DNA of 63,553 nucleotides, filler included, from Reticulomyxa filosa (taxonomy: Eukaryota > Protista > Foraminifera): the NCBI GenBank assembly GCA_000512085.1. It is 21 parts of 21 records of this genome, joined end to end, with 100 filler letters (N's around TTAATTAATTAA, not from the genome) between each part and the next. Parts side by side here need not be neighbours in the genome. Positions count along the whole stretch, not along the records: positions 1 to 1,955 come from ASPP01004014.1; positions 2,056 to 5,813 come from ASPP01011224.1; positions 5,914 to 9,864 come from ASPP01048748.1; positions 9,965 to 12,696 come from ASPP01021508.1; positions 12,797 to 18,786 come from ASPP01010960.1; 16 more parts are not named here. The stretch is one strand, 5' to 3'. This document shows positions 1 to 12,887 of the stretch, piece after piece. The notes beneath the pieces were generated by a model, which did no database searches, was not told the origin of the DNA, and worked only from the letters and a program-made list of their open reading frames with translations. Within the stretch, counting starts at the first letter, position 1; every line of letters begins with the position of its first letter. The position numbers and the translations under genes are program-made.

Positions 1-491
1 ATATAATCGCTTTTGCTTTTTTTAAAAAATAATAAACAATGAACTTCTCGATGATCGCGCAAGTGACCTCGATTAGTTGTTCTTGCATTTTACTTTTTTA
101 ACAAAAGAATAATTTCAAATGCTTTCTTCTTCTACGGTCTGAAGGAGATACTTGTTTATAATTATTAAATGAATTTTTTAAATTTTTTTATTTATGTTTT
201 GTTAGTACGCTTTCAGAAAGTTTAAATTTTTCATCATTACTGTTTGAACTATTTTTTAATCTAAAAAAGTTTTGTTTATTGAAATATGATCACTTTTTTC
301 TAAAAATATATAGTTGTGTTAGACAAAGATATATAAACCAAGATTTTTATTTTGACGGGTGGTGTTTGTAAAAACAAAAATAACTAATATTTTATTTTTA
401 GATCACTTTGGTGCAAACATTAATAATAAAATAATGCAATCGAAATTTGACGAAGTAAAAGATGACGTGTTTATCATAGATCATGGTCTAA

Positions 492-1454
492 GTGGAGCCT
501 GTAGAAATGACAACAAAAATAATGTTGATATTGGAAGATATAAAATTTACGTATAAAAAAAGAACATGGAGAAACAAAAAAAGAAACAAGTATTACCAGA
601 AGAGAAAACAGATGAAGAAAAAGGTGGAGCAATTTAAACGAATTGATTCAACGATAAAACCGACAATAAAATTGCAACCACTAGCAGATGAACAAAAAAT
701 TGTTGTTCACAAAGCATTGGAAAAAGCTAAAAAGGATGAACGAGTTTTAATTGTTGATGGAGAATATGGGAAGTTGATTGGAAGTGACATTTTGCTGTTA
801 AGACCAAGGAAATGGTTGAACGACGAAATAATAAATTACTATGCTGCGATGCTTGGAAAGCGGTCCAATAGTGGAAAATGCAAGAGCAGTGTAGTATTAC
901 TAAATTCTTTTTTTTATACCAAGTTGGCGGGCAATGGATATGACTATGGCGCTGTCAGTCGATGGACGAGTACTGCTCAGGTATAACTTTGTTATTATAT
1001 TTGTATATATATATATATTTTTATTATGTTATAATATACAAAATAGCTACAGAGAAGATACCTTTCCAAAAATGTCAAAACAATTTTTGACTTGGATAAA
1101 GTAATCTTTCCAATAAATATTAAAGACCATTGGCTTTGTGGATGTGTTAATGTTAAGAAGAAGATAATTGAGTTTTATTGCTCAATGGGATCTTATTGTA
1201 AAGAACTTTATGGTATTTTAAAAAGATATATTGAAGACGAAATCAAAGATAAGCAATTGGCAATAAACGAAGATTGGGATTATTATGTGACCACCGACGT
1301 TCCTTTACAAGATAATAATCTTGATTGTGGTGTCTTTACATGTATGTTCATGGATTGTTTATGTAATGACATCACTCCAGACTTTGGACAAGAATATATT
1401 GACAATTTCAGATTGAAAATTGCATACGAGATAATAACAAATAAATTGATTTGA
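492..1454 (+). CDS. Ulp1/SENP-family (peptidase C48) SUMO/NEDD8-type protease; 5' start uncertain
   Basis: Motifs LRPRKWLNDEIINYY, LNSFFYTKL, IFPINIKDHW, PLQDNNLDCGVFTCMF. Phase-0 GT-AG intron 981-1046 joins ORF 492-986 to ORF 1092-1454 in frame. Confidence 0.9.
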
Positions 1455-1587
1455 CAATGTTGTTATTTTTTTTTTTCTTGAATAAATAATTTCGATTGTA
1501 AATCCATTTCACATTTAAAATTTTTTAATGTTGTGAACTGTATTGACCATAAGTAACAAAAGTCCACAATCTCAACAATTGATTTTC

Positions 1588-1955
1588 TCACTATATCATT
1601 TCGTACTTGATGACACCATACTTTCTTGCCTTGCGTCCACTGAACAGCAAGGTTTCATCGTACTATTGTTCGTCCACTTTGTCAATAGTAAGCTTGCGCT
1701 TGATAATAATCCGATCGCTTCAACTGCGTATGTCGCGATAGTATTTCTTCAATTAATTGTCGGAATAACTTAAAGATGCTATATCTTGATGATACAAAAT
1801 GAAAGCGCGAACACCAAACATAAGATTGTAAAAGATCCACAACACCACAAAGAATATTAGAGCATATGTGTCAGCCTTTCTCAAGGTGCCATAGTTCAGT
1901 CGACGAAGCATGACCACGACGTAATTAAAAACAAATAGAAAAAGCATACGCACGT
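1588..1955 (-). pseudogene. 3' end of a membrane protein (possible last helix of a pLGIC-like channel) with in-frame stops
   Basis: Hydrophobic helix KADTYALIFFVVLWIFYNLMF. The same frame continues protein-like through TAA, TGA and TAG (LKKYYRDIRS*SDRIIIKRKLTIDKVDEQ*YDETLLFSGRKARKYGVIKYEMI*). Family assignment is inference. Confidence 0.35.
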
Positions 1956-2055
1956 NNNNNNNNNNNNNNNNNNNNNNNNNNNNNNNNNNNNNNNNNNNNT
2001 TAATTAATTAANNNNNNNNNNNNNNNNNNNNNNNNNNNNNNNNNNNNNNNNNNNN
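1956..2055. other. Artificial contig-joining linker (first of 20 identical copies)
   Basis: 44 N + TTAATTAATTAA + 44 N = exactly 100 bp. The other copies start at 5814, 9865, 12697, 18787, 20870, 21970, 24293, 28992, 30233, 32935, 37218, 39815, 42326, 47037, 49181, 56253, 58178, 60722 and 62060. Many contigs end in homopolymers or microsatellites, typical of assembly breaks. Confidence 0.99.
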
Positions 2056-5000
2056 CACACAGCCAAAGTGCTACACCATAACACCCACCACAATGACACG
2101 TCCTTTTTCGTCATTTTTTTTGTTATTGGCTCTTCAATAGCTGTCTGCACTTTAAAAGATCATTGATTACAACAAAAAACTTTTTTTCGTTCCGCTGTGT
2201 TTGTTTAACTCACTAACACCTTATCAAGTCCAAAAAAAAATATTATAATTTTATTCCAAAATTATAACTTTTTATTTTTTTAAATTATTTGATGCCGAAT
2301 ATTACAATTTACGCTTCCACACACGTGTACATTTTTGTCGCTTTGACAAACTTTGTTCTCCCTTCATGCCTGCATGATAATCTTTTTTTTGATACAATAA
2401 AGAAGCTGAGAGATTTGCGTAACATGCTAACGCTTTATTCAATTGCATGTTTACCTTGCTGTTTATCCAGCTAACGTGGCCTGACAGCCTGTCAGCGTCA
2501 GCGCCCTGTCTATCGTATGGTGGGTTCTTGGTGCTCAATGTGATGCTTTTTCTTAAGAGCTTTTGGTGCACGAGTGTCAAATCTTCAAAAGTGGAGGATT
2601 TAATGGAGACACTCATCCCGACAGCATCTTGCTAATGAATGGACGTCTTTGGCCTATTGACTACAGCCAGTTGAAGTGCCTTTCCAAGGAAGAACTCGCT
2701 CACTTAGTCGAACCGATCATTGCAATGGCCGATCGCAACTTGGAATGTATTGTCAAAAAGATCGAGGAAATGAGATTTCAGTCCCCAAACGCATAGACCC
2801 TTACTTCAGCAAAGTCATGACCACCATTGGAGTTGGTCGTTTGGATAATGATATCTGGAAAGGTATATTATCATTACGGGCATGTTAAAGAACAACATTA
2901 AATAACAAATATACTAGAACGCGTGGGTGACGACAAGCGTATTTATAAGAGACTGGAGTTGTACAGTTATCTCTTTTGGAGGGGTTTCTAATCTTGTTCA
3001 CTAGTCTATAAGTCAAAATGCACCCAATCAAAAAAAAAATGTAAAACGATTGTGTTGTAACAATACACAAACACACACAGATATAAATTTGATGATATTA
3101 AAGATGGAGGGAATGCTAAGTTAGCATTTTTGCATGCCTGGCTTCCTCGAACATTTTGTTCTTTTTTTTTTTTGAAATCATTGAAATTTTTACTGTAGAC
3201 ACTTTTTCCATTAATTTTTTTTTCTTTGATTGGAGATAGTGCTTTTTTTCTTAATCTATACACATTTATTTATCTTCTTAAATGAAAACATTTTAAATTA
3301 GAAAAAGATCAACTATTTTCGCCTTGAGTAACACAAAACAAATTCATTTTCCAATCAACTTGGTATTTCCATAAATCGTTTGCGATCTATTTAAAGTTTT
3401 ACAAATGCATTCGTTTGCCACAATTTTTTCTTATTTTTATCTTAAAGTAACTTTATTGCTCATTGAATGTTCTTCAGTTTCGGTGTGCCCAGTAGAAGCG
3501 GAGGGGGCAAACTGAGGAGAAAATCTTGTGTGAAAGCCTTTGGTTAGTTTACAGCAGCATGAAAGTGTTGTTAGTGTTGGTGGCGTTGCATGTGTTGAAT
3601 GTATTCGCTGTAATGTTAAACGCAAGTGAGAAGAATATAAGCAATTGCAGCTGGACGAATAAACAAAAATACTTTAATCAACATATCAATATTAACATAG
3701 TGGCAATATCACGTAATAGACTGCTCAATCAAATGTGGAAATCGGAAATATTGAGATGTGAGCAATGTCTACAATTATACAATAACATGGCAAGCGCATC
3801 CTCATTGCAAATTTCCAACAATGAGTTGATGCAATCAACAAATAAAATTATACGTACTTTCCAAAGCACTCTGAGTGCCAACACAAAGCAGTCCAAAAAG
3901 AGCTTGCCCTCCAAAACGTCGATAATGAGTGTATTCATATCAACTTCAACTATACAACAGACAACACACAAATGTACATTTACAGCAGCGGCATTCAGGT
4001 ATATAACAGTGACAGAAAGACTAAATGGAAAAAAAAATGGTCATTAAAAAATAAAAAAGAGGATATTAACGTATATCAAGAGATAGGAAGGGTAGATGAT
4101 GAATTGTCTATGTTATGAATTTATTCAGAAATGATTTTTTAAAAAAAAACAAAAATAACAGCAATTGCAAAATGGATGTAATGATAAGCGCGGAATTATG
4201 GAATAGGTCGTGCAACAGCCTGGAGCGAGTATCGATTGTGAAAAATGGCCGTGAATTATTCTGGTACAATGCAGCTACAAACACCAACATTACCAGCAGC
4301 CACTGCAAATTTTCTTTTCCAAAGTCGTGCTGCGCCATCCAAGCAAGTGTCAAGCACAAATTTGTGCAAAGTCCAACTCGTCAACAACTTAGCCGCAACT
4401 TTGAAAGTGTTATCCAATGTTGCAATGTTAAGTTCTTTTACTTCCTTTTTTTTTTGTTTAAAACAAACAAACGAACAAATAAAAAAATAGATATTGCGCC
4501 TTTGCAATGCAGTTGATAAAAGAAAAATTGACGGACGACGTATACTTGGAATAATTATACAAAAGCTGCAATTAATGGAGAAAACTGTGACGGCAAGTCC
4601 TTCAATATCATTCCATTACCCAAACACGCCTTTTGGTGTGATAGAGTCGCTGTCAGCGCAAATGATGAAAGTGGGCTACAACGCAGCCGACGAACAAGTT
4701 GGTCGTAGTGCCCGTCATCGTTTATGCAAATCAGCACTCTATATCATCAAAAGCGTAATATTGTATGGCACTCAGCATTCAACACAACATTCTCACGAAA
4801 TGGACAAACTGACAATTATTGGAACATGCTATTTATCAACATTCAATTCATTGATATATTGCTCCAACTCAAATGCAAACATTTGCTGCAACAATGTGAA
4901 ATTGCTATCAATCCAAACGTCGACGATGCCATGAACATTGCCAAGTTATTCTTATCTTTTTCTTGTTGTTTTATAATATACATTATTTTTGTTTGCTTGT

Positions 5001-5940
5001 TATCTGTGTATAGAAAACAATTGTCAAGATATATGATTGTGTTGGAATTAGAGTGAATACCATAACCACTTACTGTGGTTTGTAGTTTGATCGCAAATGA
5101 CTAAGAATGTAAGTCTTTTGTTTTTCATTTGTATTCAATTTATAACTATGTCTTGTGTGATTGTTTGTAATAGGACAATCAAATGGAATGAAAAAAAGAA
5201 AATGAATATGGGGTAGCAACCACCCCCGTCTCCGCAAGGAGGAAAAATGGTTTGTTCTATTTGCTTTCTTTTTTTTTAAATATATTCAAATGTTGGTATA
5301 TTTATGATATAGGTTCCACCGTCCTGACAATATTTAATTTGTATATACCCCCCTCCACACAAAAAAAAAATTATGATTATTATGGGGTTGAAGTCTGCCC
5401 CGTTTGCGACAAAACAAAAAAAGGTTTGTGTATATGTTTTATTTGTATATATGTATACCTTTGTTATAAAATGTTTGTCTTGTGATGAAATAGGAATTCC
5501 CCCTCAAATGAAGAACCTATATTTGTATATGATTATATTTATTTACCCCCCCCCAAAAAAAACAAACAAAATGTGAAGTGCTTTAAATAGGAAAAAAATC
5601 ATGGGGCAGCTTATAATAGTTTTGAATATTTTTTTGTTTGTTTTTAAAAATATAAAGTATACCTTTGTTTGTGTATGCACATAGGTATCAGGTGCGGCAA
5701 AAAAAGACATTTATGTATGTGCATTATCTCTTTGGGGGCGGGAAAAGGGAATAATAAAAAGAAAATAAATGAAAAAAGGGTAAAAAAAATGTATAACAAA
5801 AAAAAAAAAAGAANNNNNNNNNNNNNNNNNNNNNNNNNNNNNNNNNNNNNNNNNNNNTTAATTAATTAANNNNNNNNNNNNNNNNNNNNNNNNNNNNNNN
5901 NNNNNNNNNNNNNTGTGTGTGTGTGAATGATGAAATAAAA

Positions 5941-8900
5941 AGAAACAATCGCGATGAAAGGGCTGTGTTATCACACGAAAGGCAGCCGTGATTACTTGAC
6001 GGAAATGAAGCAAAAGGGAAGCGAGTTGATAAAAGACGGACTGCGACAAAATGTAAGATCGAGCATGTGCTGGCGAGTGAAAGGAGTGGCTCACAAAGCG
6101 GATGGAGACCTCCCCGAGGCAGTTGCTTGTTACTCCCAAGCGATGAGATATGACAATGGCCACAATGAGCGCATTCTCAACGAAATTGCAAATATGCAAT
6201 TGGAGTTACAAAAATATCCCGAATTCGAAGACACTCGTCATGCCTTGTGGCAACTGCGTCCCGAAGATGGACAATATCTCGTTGCCGAGCTAATGGCTTG
6301 TTTCTTAAGCAAAAGATACCAAAAAGGCTTGGATTTCCTCACTCAAGTTTTGGATTTTTATTTTTATTTTTTTTTTTATATATTTTTTTTGGAGTTCAAT
6401 GAAGGTACATGTGACCACACAACGTTGTAATAACATAACACAAAAGACAATCAAACCCTCGAAAGAAAAGTACAATACGGTGCAATTGAATGACATATAC
6501 TTGCTGCAAGCACGAATGTACAAAGAAAAAGGGGACTGGGATACTTGCTTGAAATTTTTGGAGGACGGAATTCAAGACAAGTCCATTCGAGATTTACTGT
6601 CTGCTCACGAAATACGGCTACAAGTCCACGAGGCTATACTTAAAAAAAAAAAAGCGGAACAAAAGGATGATGATCAAAAGTCGGATCCACAAAAAAACGC
6701 CGTTGCTGTTTTGAAACAATTACTTGATATCAACCCAGAAAATACCTCTTATTATCATCGGTTTATGAAATTAGTGGGATTCTTGAAAGATGGTGCATAA
6801 TATTATATACATATACATATATGTATATATTATTTGTGGAGGATCACACACACATACATACATACAAATCAACAAAATAAAACAAAAATAGACAGTAGTC
6901 ATGACTATAGTCAAAGTCAACCGGTGATTGAATTGTGCACGGAAATTGATCAAAAAGTGAAAAAATGCAGTGCAACAGCAAGAATAATGCTAGATTGCTC
7001 CATTGGTTAACAAATGTGTTACCCTTTCTCTCTTTTGACGTGCACAGTCAATGACGTGTTTTTATGTTGTGTCGATACAGGTGATGAATTCAAAAAAAGA
7101 ATGGACTCGTATATGAGACACAAACTGAGCGAGTCTGTCCTGTCATTGTACAAGGACTTGCAACCCTTGTATCGAGAACCAGAAAAGGCCAAAGTAATGG
7201 ACGAATTGGTGGCAACGTATTTGAGAGAACTCAAAGAACATGTCCGCTTTTCATCCAGCGATAAGACCCGTCAGTTGAGATTTGTTGAATTTTTGAACTC
7301 GGGTGATTTCGGGGGTTGTTGTGTTTGCGTAACACTTTGTTACGACTTATAGACTCAGCCTCGCCGTCATGTCTTTTGTGGACGCAATTTTATAACATCT
7401 CTCGCCAATTGGACATAGAAAAATGGAATGACGCGCTGGCATTGATAGATGAATCGCTCGCACTATTCCCCACGTGCTTGGACTTGTATGACCTCAGGGC
7501 ACGCGTTTATAAATACTGTGGAAATCCCTTGCAAGCATTCGAGTATTTAGACATCGGGCGTCAAATGGATTTGGCCGATCGCTTTTTGAATACCAAGTGT
7601 ACTCGCTACGCCTTGCGAGCAGGGAAGACGCAAGAAGCAGAGGATATGGTCCGGCTGTTCTTGAAAGTTAGCACAACAACATATGAACCTATTCACTCTA
7701 TCAAATGTGTGTACTTCAATTATTTAAATAAATAAACACATTTGTATATATACATATACATATGTATATATAATATATTGATGATATTATGTAATTAGAA
7801 AACAAGTGGTGTGCAAGTATTGCATGAATTAGAGGTAATGTGGTACGAATTGCACAAGGCAGAGAGCCATCTGAGTAAAAAGGAACTGGGACCTGCTTTG
7901 CGCGAGTTTGAGTATGTATTTGAACATTTCAATAAATTTTATGAAAACCAAGTCGACTTTCACAAATATGCGTATCGACGAGTTTGCATTATGAGTTATT
8001 TAAATTTATTGCAATGGGAAAACAATTTACGAAGCCACCCTTTTTATCGTCGTGCTTGCGTTGGTGCAATTGAAGCGTGGTTGTCACTTGATCGTCTTCA
8101 CGCACAACTCAATGATCAAACGAGCGCAGAGTCAAAGCAACGCGACGAATTAAAAACGGAACTGAAAAGGGATCGTCGGTGGAAGACGAACAAGACAAGA
8201 GACACAAGCGAGGAAAGGACCCCAGAGGCTGGGAATTAATTCATGGCACTGCCAAAGATGGAAAAGGAAAGCACCCATTGGAAGAAGCCCATCGCTGGAT
8301 TAAACACTGGGTCACTGTCGCTTATGAAAAGGATATTGAGCCACATGAATGGTATGTAAAAGTGCAGAGACTACGATGGACAAAAAAAACAGAAAAAGAC
8401 CAAAAAGATAAAATCAAAATTGATACGTGGAAATCGATCAAACAAGTTTGTCTCATGTACGATTCTCTTAACAACACCCATCGACGCAAATTTTCCTTGT
8501 TTTTGCCCGAAGCTATACAATTCTTGCTCGCCAGTTTAGTTGCTTTTATTTGCGAGTCTTTATCTTTGTTACTATTTGATCTTCTATGTGCCATCCGTTG
8601 CTAATATATTCTTCAATATTTGTTTTTACAAACATTAGCCGAAAAGGACGAAGAAAAGACAACCGAAGCCAATGCAACATTGATTCAAGAGGCCAAAAAA
8701 GCTTTGCTGCAAGTTAAGAGCTCTTTTTTGCAATATCATCTGTTTGCAAAAGGGGAGGGCACATCAGAACAAATAAAATACAAACTTATACGTTAGGATG
8801 CACCAAGTACTCAAGAGTTTGTGAACAAGTACTCGCAACAAGTCCAGTCTTTGCTGGAGTGTACGTGTGCCTATCGTTTGAGTCATTTAGTGAACCAAAA

Positions 8901-9146
8901 AGGATTGGCAGGAGATATGGCAAAAAAATTAGTGGGATTCATTCCGCAGTCTACTTTAAAAGTTAAAAACATTTCACCATAAATCGATACAAAACGCGTG
9001 GAACTTGTGACACATTCTGTTTTGTGTGTATTGTTTTGTAGGAATGTGTGACCGTGAAAAAAATACTAGAAGATCTGGACAAAGGAGTTGCTGATGACTT
9101 CAAGAGCCATTGCAAAAAAAGATTTGTTCTGGCTTCTGTATTTTGA
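5941..9146 (+). CDS. NAA15: NatA N-acetyltransferase auxiliary subunit NAA15/NAA16 (5' truncated)
   Basis: TPR region MKGL..CWRVKG..EAVACYSQAMRYD; motifs RQMDLADRFLNTKC, MWYELHKAE, ENQVDFHKYAYRR, DPRGWEL..PLEEA; ends FVLASVF*. Frame-consistent introns 6347-6446, 6793-6891, 7006-7080, 7270-7352, 7667-7798, 8534-8638, 8713-8796, 8962-9041. One -1 frame break near 8165. Confidence 0.95.
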
Positions 9147-9457
9147 TATTTGTCTTTCACTCTTTTTTGTTTGTTTTGTTTTTGTGTTAATTATTCAAAA
9201 GAAAAACACAGACTCAAGGGAAATCTTTTCCCCCGTTCTTTATCATGTTCACTGATATGAACAATATCAAAGTTTACAAAAAAATTCTCTCCTTGTGTTA
9301 TGAGACAAAATTTCTTGCAACGTACTCGAACCGAATGATCTTTTTTTCCAATATCTTTTTGCTTCACAATCCAAATAAGCCAGAACGAAACCTCCAGTTT
9401 TTTTAAGTCTCTGCTGGACGAAAATAGCAGCGAATAAAGTGCCATAATCTTTGCAGA

Positions 9458-9800
9458 ATGGCACAACCTCAATCAACTCCACTTGATCCCGCAACCATTG
9501 CGGATGATATAACACCTCCTCAATCTACAGATGCTGAAACGAACAAGGTTGAACAAGATAGCCATATAAACAACAGTCGTACGTTAAATCCCAAACAAAA
9601 TGAAGATACGATAGAAAGTGAAGTGGAGACACAAAACAAAGAGACAAACATGGCAAGATCGGGTATCAACAGCACAGAGGAGCCGTTCGTTGCTCTACCA
9701 CGAGAGTACGCACACGTGAACGAAAGCAGGGACTTGGACTTGACCGATATCCAGTTGCACTTGGAATCCACAGACGATTGGAAAGTATACGCGAGGATTG
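9458..9800 (+). CDS. First exon of a hypothetical protein (3' truncated)
   Basis: ATG-started, polar/acidic ORF with coding-like composition, ending at a probable GTAATA donor before the contig end. No family recognised. Confidence 0.55.
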
Positions 9801-9964
9801 GTAATAGCAACAACAAAAAAAAGTCTCAACATAATTGGAAAAAAAAAAAAAGAAAGGAAAAGTGNNNNNNNNNNNNNNNNNNNNNNNNNNNNNNNNNNNN
9901 NNNNNNNNTTAATTAATTAANNNNNNNNNNNNNNNNNNNNNNNNNNNNNNNNNNNNNNNNNNNN

Positions 9965-10105
9965 GGATATTTTCCACATCAATTATTAACATGGAGTTAT
10001 TGTGCCAGTGCATATCAATGTGCATATCAAGAATGGAAAAAACAAGACCAACAACCATTACCTTTTAAGTGGTTTAAGAAATTTTGGGTTAAAATGCCTT
10101 TCTAA
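9965..10105 (+). CDS. C-terminal fragment of a hypothetical protein
   Basis: Open frame from the contig start: GYFPHQLLTWSYCASAYQCAYQEWKKQDQQPLPFKWFKKFWVKMPF*. Confidence 0.4.
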   Translation, partial: GYFPHQLLTWSYCASAYQCAYQEWKKQDQQPLPFKWFKKFWVKMPF

Positions 10106-11457
10106 AACAATACAATTACCTTCTTAATTTTTTATCCACTTTGTGTTTTTGTTATGTAAAAAAATGGTATTATCACAACGGAATTTTTGAATGTGTGTAA
10201 ATTGATTTCACGTTCTCATATATGCAAGCTTTTGGTACATTGCCATGTCGCAACAGTGAACTTTTCATACCTCCAAATAACTCAAACGATGTTGTTTTGT
10301 GTCAAGCAAATGAGCAAACGCTACAAAGCGAATAGCTATAAAAAATACTAAATATCACATTTTCCATGAAATCAAAATTTGATAAAAAATTTTTTAAAAA
10401 TGCCACAATTTACAATCGGGTGCAAAAAAAATTCATAAATGAGCTCATAAAACGTTTAAAAGTATTGATTTTTTATGAATAAAATTGTAAAGTTTAGAAA
10501 AAACCGTGTAATGTTTTCAGATTCTAATACAAAAGCGAATCATTTACTTTTTGAAAATTTCAAAAAAAGAAAAAAATTAACGATTTTTTCATGGTTTTCT
10601 ACACTTTTATTAAGCATTTTTAGATCGACCAGTATACCATTTTTAAAAAATTTGAAAAAAGTTAATTATTCATAAATAAAATCGCAAACATTTATTGTTT
10701 ATTTTCTGTTGAATCTTTTGGTTGACAATTGTAGTTGTTCAGTCTTTTTTACAATATACAACGTATATATTTTTTAAAGAAATTTTGAGCTAATTTTCTT
10801 TTATTATCTTCCACTAGTAACAAATTACGTTATTTATTAATTTGTGCTTGGTTCATATCAATGAAGTTTGTTCTGAGTATATTTGAATTTATTTTTGATA
10901 ATTTCCGTTGAACCGTTTTATACAAATTATTGAAAATTACAGACCACAGACGAACGCGAATTCTTTAGAATCGTGAACGAGTTAAAGTGTTCTAAAATTG
11001 AACTTTTCGAGTGTATGATATACGTCTTTTGACGTGGTAAATTTGTTTTGCTTTTGTCTGGTGAGTGCTGTGTATCTATGCATTGTTTGTTTGTGTAAAA
11101 AATGGACAAAATTTCGAAAAACATAAAGCAAACAGAGTCGTTTTATCAGTAGTCTTAACGAGTACAGCCAGTGTAATTGCATTTGTTTTTAAGAAAGTTA
11201 ATTGCTTCTACAATTATCGGATATGTAATCAAAAAAAGAAGTGTATGCATACAAAAAAAGAGAGCACAAACAGACAGCTATGAGCAAAAGAAGGGAGGAG
11301 AAATAGAGGGAGAGGGAGAAAAAAAAAAGGAGTGGCTACTTTCAGTTTTCAAAAAAAAAAGTCAATGGGGAGAGGGAGGGAAAATTATAAAGTTGAAAGG
11401 ATAAGTGTAAAAACAATTTTGGAAAAATATTTTTGGAGCAGCAACAAAAAGTACGAA

Positions 11458-11689
11458 ATGGCAAACAAGAGTGGGAAAATCCCTCCAGGATTTGAAAAGA
11501 CAGCAAACGGCGATCATGATAGCATTGGTAGCACAAAGCAATCAAACGGCAAGTTTGAAGTGACGGACAAAAAAAAAAAGACGACAACAACAACAACAAC
11601 AACGACAACAACGGAAGTGAGCATAGGACCAGGTTCAAGTCTTGTAAGTGGTGATGACCCCACACACAAATTGAGGAAAAAAGCAGATC

Positions 11690-11725
<36 letters not shown>

Positions 11726-12620
11726 TACGACCCGATGCACCCGAATTTGATGGATCGGGCTATGACCCACATAGCAATATTGATCCTTATGCACATCCAT
11801 TGGGAGTATCGACTCGACCTGAATATGTGCCGCCAGCAGAAATTCCAGACAGGTCGCATCGAGGACACGTGACAGGCAACATAACAGGGGGGCCAATTGG
11901 CACTCCCGTCGCTGTCCCTGTTCCTGTTCCTGCTCTTGCTCCTGCTCTTGCTCCTGCTCCTACTTCTGTGGCGGTGCCCCCTTTGATGTCATCTCATGGC
12001 CAACCATCATTCCATCCACACATACGTCAACATCCCTCCACTTCGTCTTCCATGTCTGCCTCTGCATCAGCTTCTGCTTCTGCATCTGCCTTGTGCCCTT
12101 TGGAGGAGTGGCGCAAGCCCGTGTCCCGCCATTGCACTTTGTCGATGTCGACAGCGCACATCTGTATCAAGAGTCTTTGTATCCACATATTGCAAACATC
12201 GAAGAACATGAACATGAACATGAACATGAACATGGACATGGACATGGATATGGACATGGACAGCTGGGGATGACGATGACGGGACGAACTGCTGGTAGCA
12301 AACTCGACCTACGACAGCAGTAACTCCTCCGAATATGCGTGTCGCCCATGTTGGAAAGCAGGGACAAATGGGACAGACCAAAACAGCAACGACAACAACA
12401 ACAACAGCAGCGACAGCAGCGACAGCAGCGACGACAGTAATGACGTCGGACAGAAGCGACAAGCCGAGACAACCGGAAGAAGGAGCCGTCGCTGTCGTCA
12501 CCAATGGCAGCAGCAACAGCAGCAGCAGCGGCGCAAGTTCACACGTAGCAATATCTGCCGGCCACACGCACGCCCTTGGCGATCGCAATCGACAAGGCAC
12601 CATTGCCAACCCGAATCAAG
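11458..12620 (+). CDS. Low-complexity hypothetical protein N-terminal exon (poly-T, poly-Q, PA, HE/HG repeats; 3' truncated)
   Basis: GC-richer stretch from MANKSGK. Continues through ORFs 12093 and 12335 via two -1 frame breaks. Probable donor GTATAT near 12621. Confidence 0.6.
12204..12260 (+). repeat. Hexanucleotide (AACATG)n/(GACATG)n repeat encoding an HE/HG tract
   Basis: Directly visible tandem repeat. Confidence 0.9.
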
Positions 12621-12852
12621 GTATATCGTATTACTACAAAAAGTTTGTTTGATTGGTTTGACTTGTAATAAGTACTCACAATGCCCTTTTTTTTTTNNNN
12701 NNNNNNNNNNNNNNNNNNNNNNNNNNNNNNNNNNNNNNNNTTAATTAATTAANNNNNNNNNNNNNNNNNNNNNNNNNNNNNNNNNNNNNNNNNNNNAAAT
12801 AAAAACAAATTTTTTTCACGACAATACTAATATAATAATATTATAATATAAC

Positions 12853-12886
<34 letters not shown>

Positions 12887-12887
12887 G

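Noticed and set aside
1588-1760. Stop-codon reassignment suggested by protein-like sequence past TAA/TGA/TAG
   Set aside because: Conserved genes have no in-frame stops and end with TGA (NAA15), TAA (ARPC2) and apparently standard stops elsewhere. A pseudogene or 3' UTR relic is simpler.
2056-5100. ORFs on contig 2 as viral or mobile-element genes
   Set aside because: No recognisable motif, and the fragments are interrupted. Left unassigned.
8175-8194. A 20-nt GT-AG mini-intron fixing the NAA15 frame
   Set aside because: It is formally in phase, but purine-rich and coding-like, unlike the 60-170 nt AT-rich introns seen elsewhere. One missing A explains the break.
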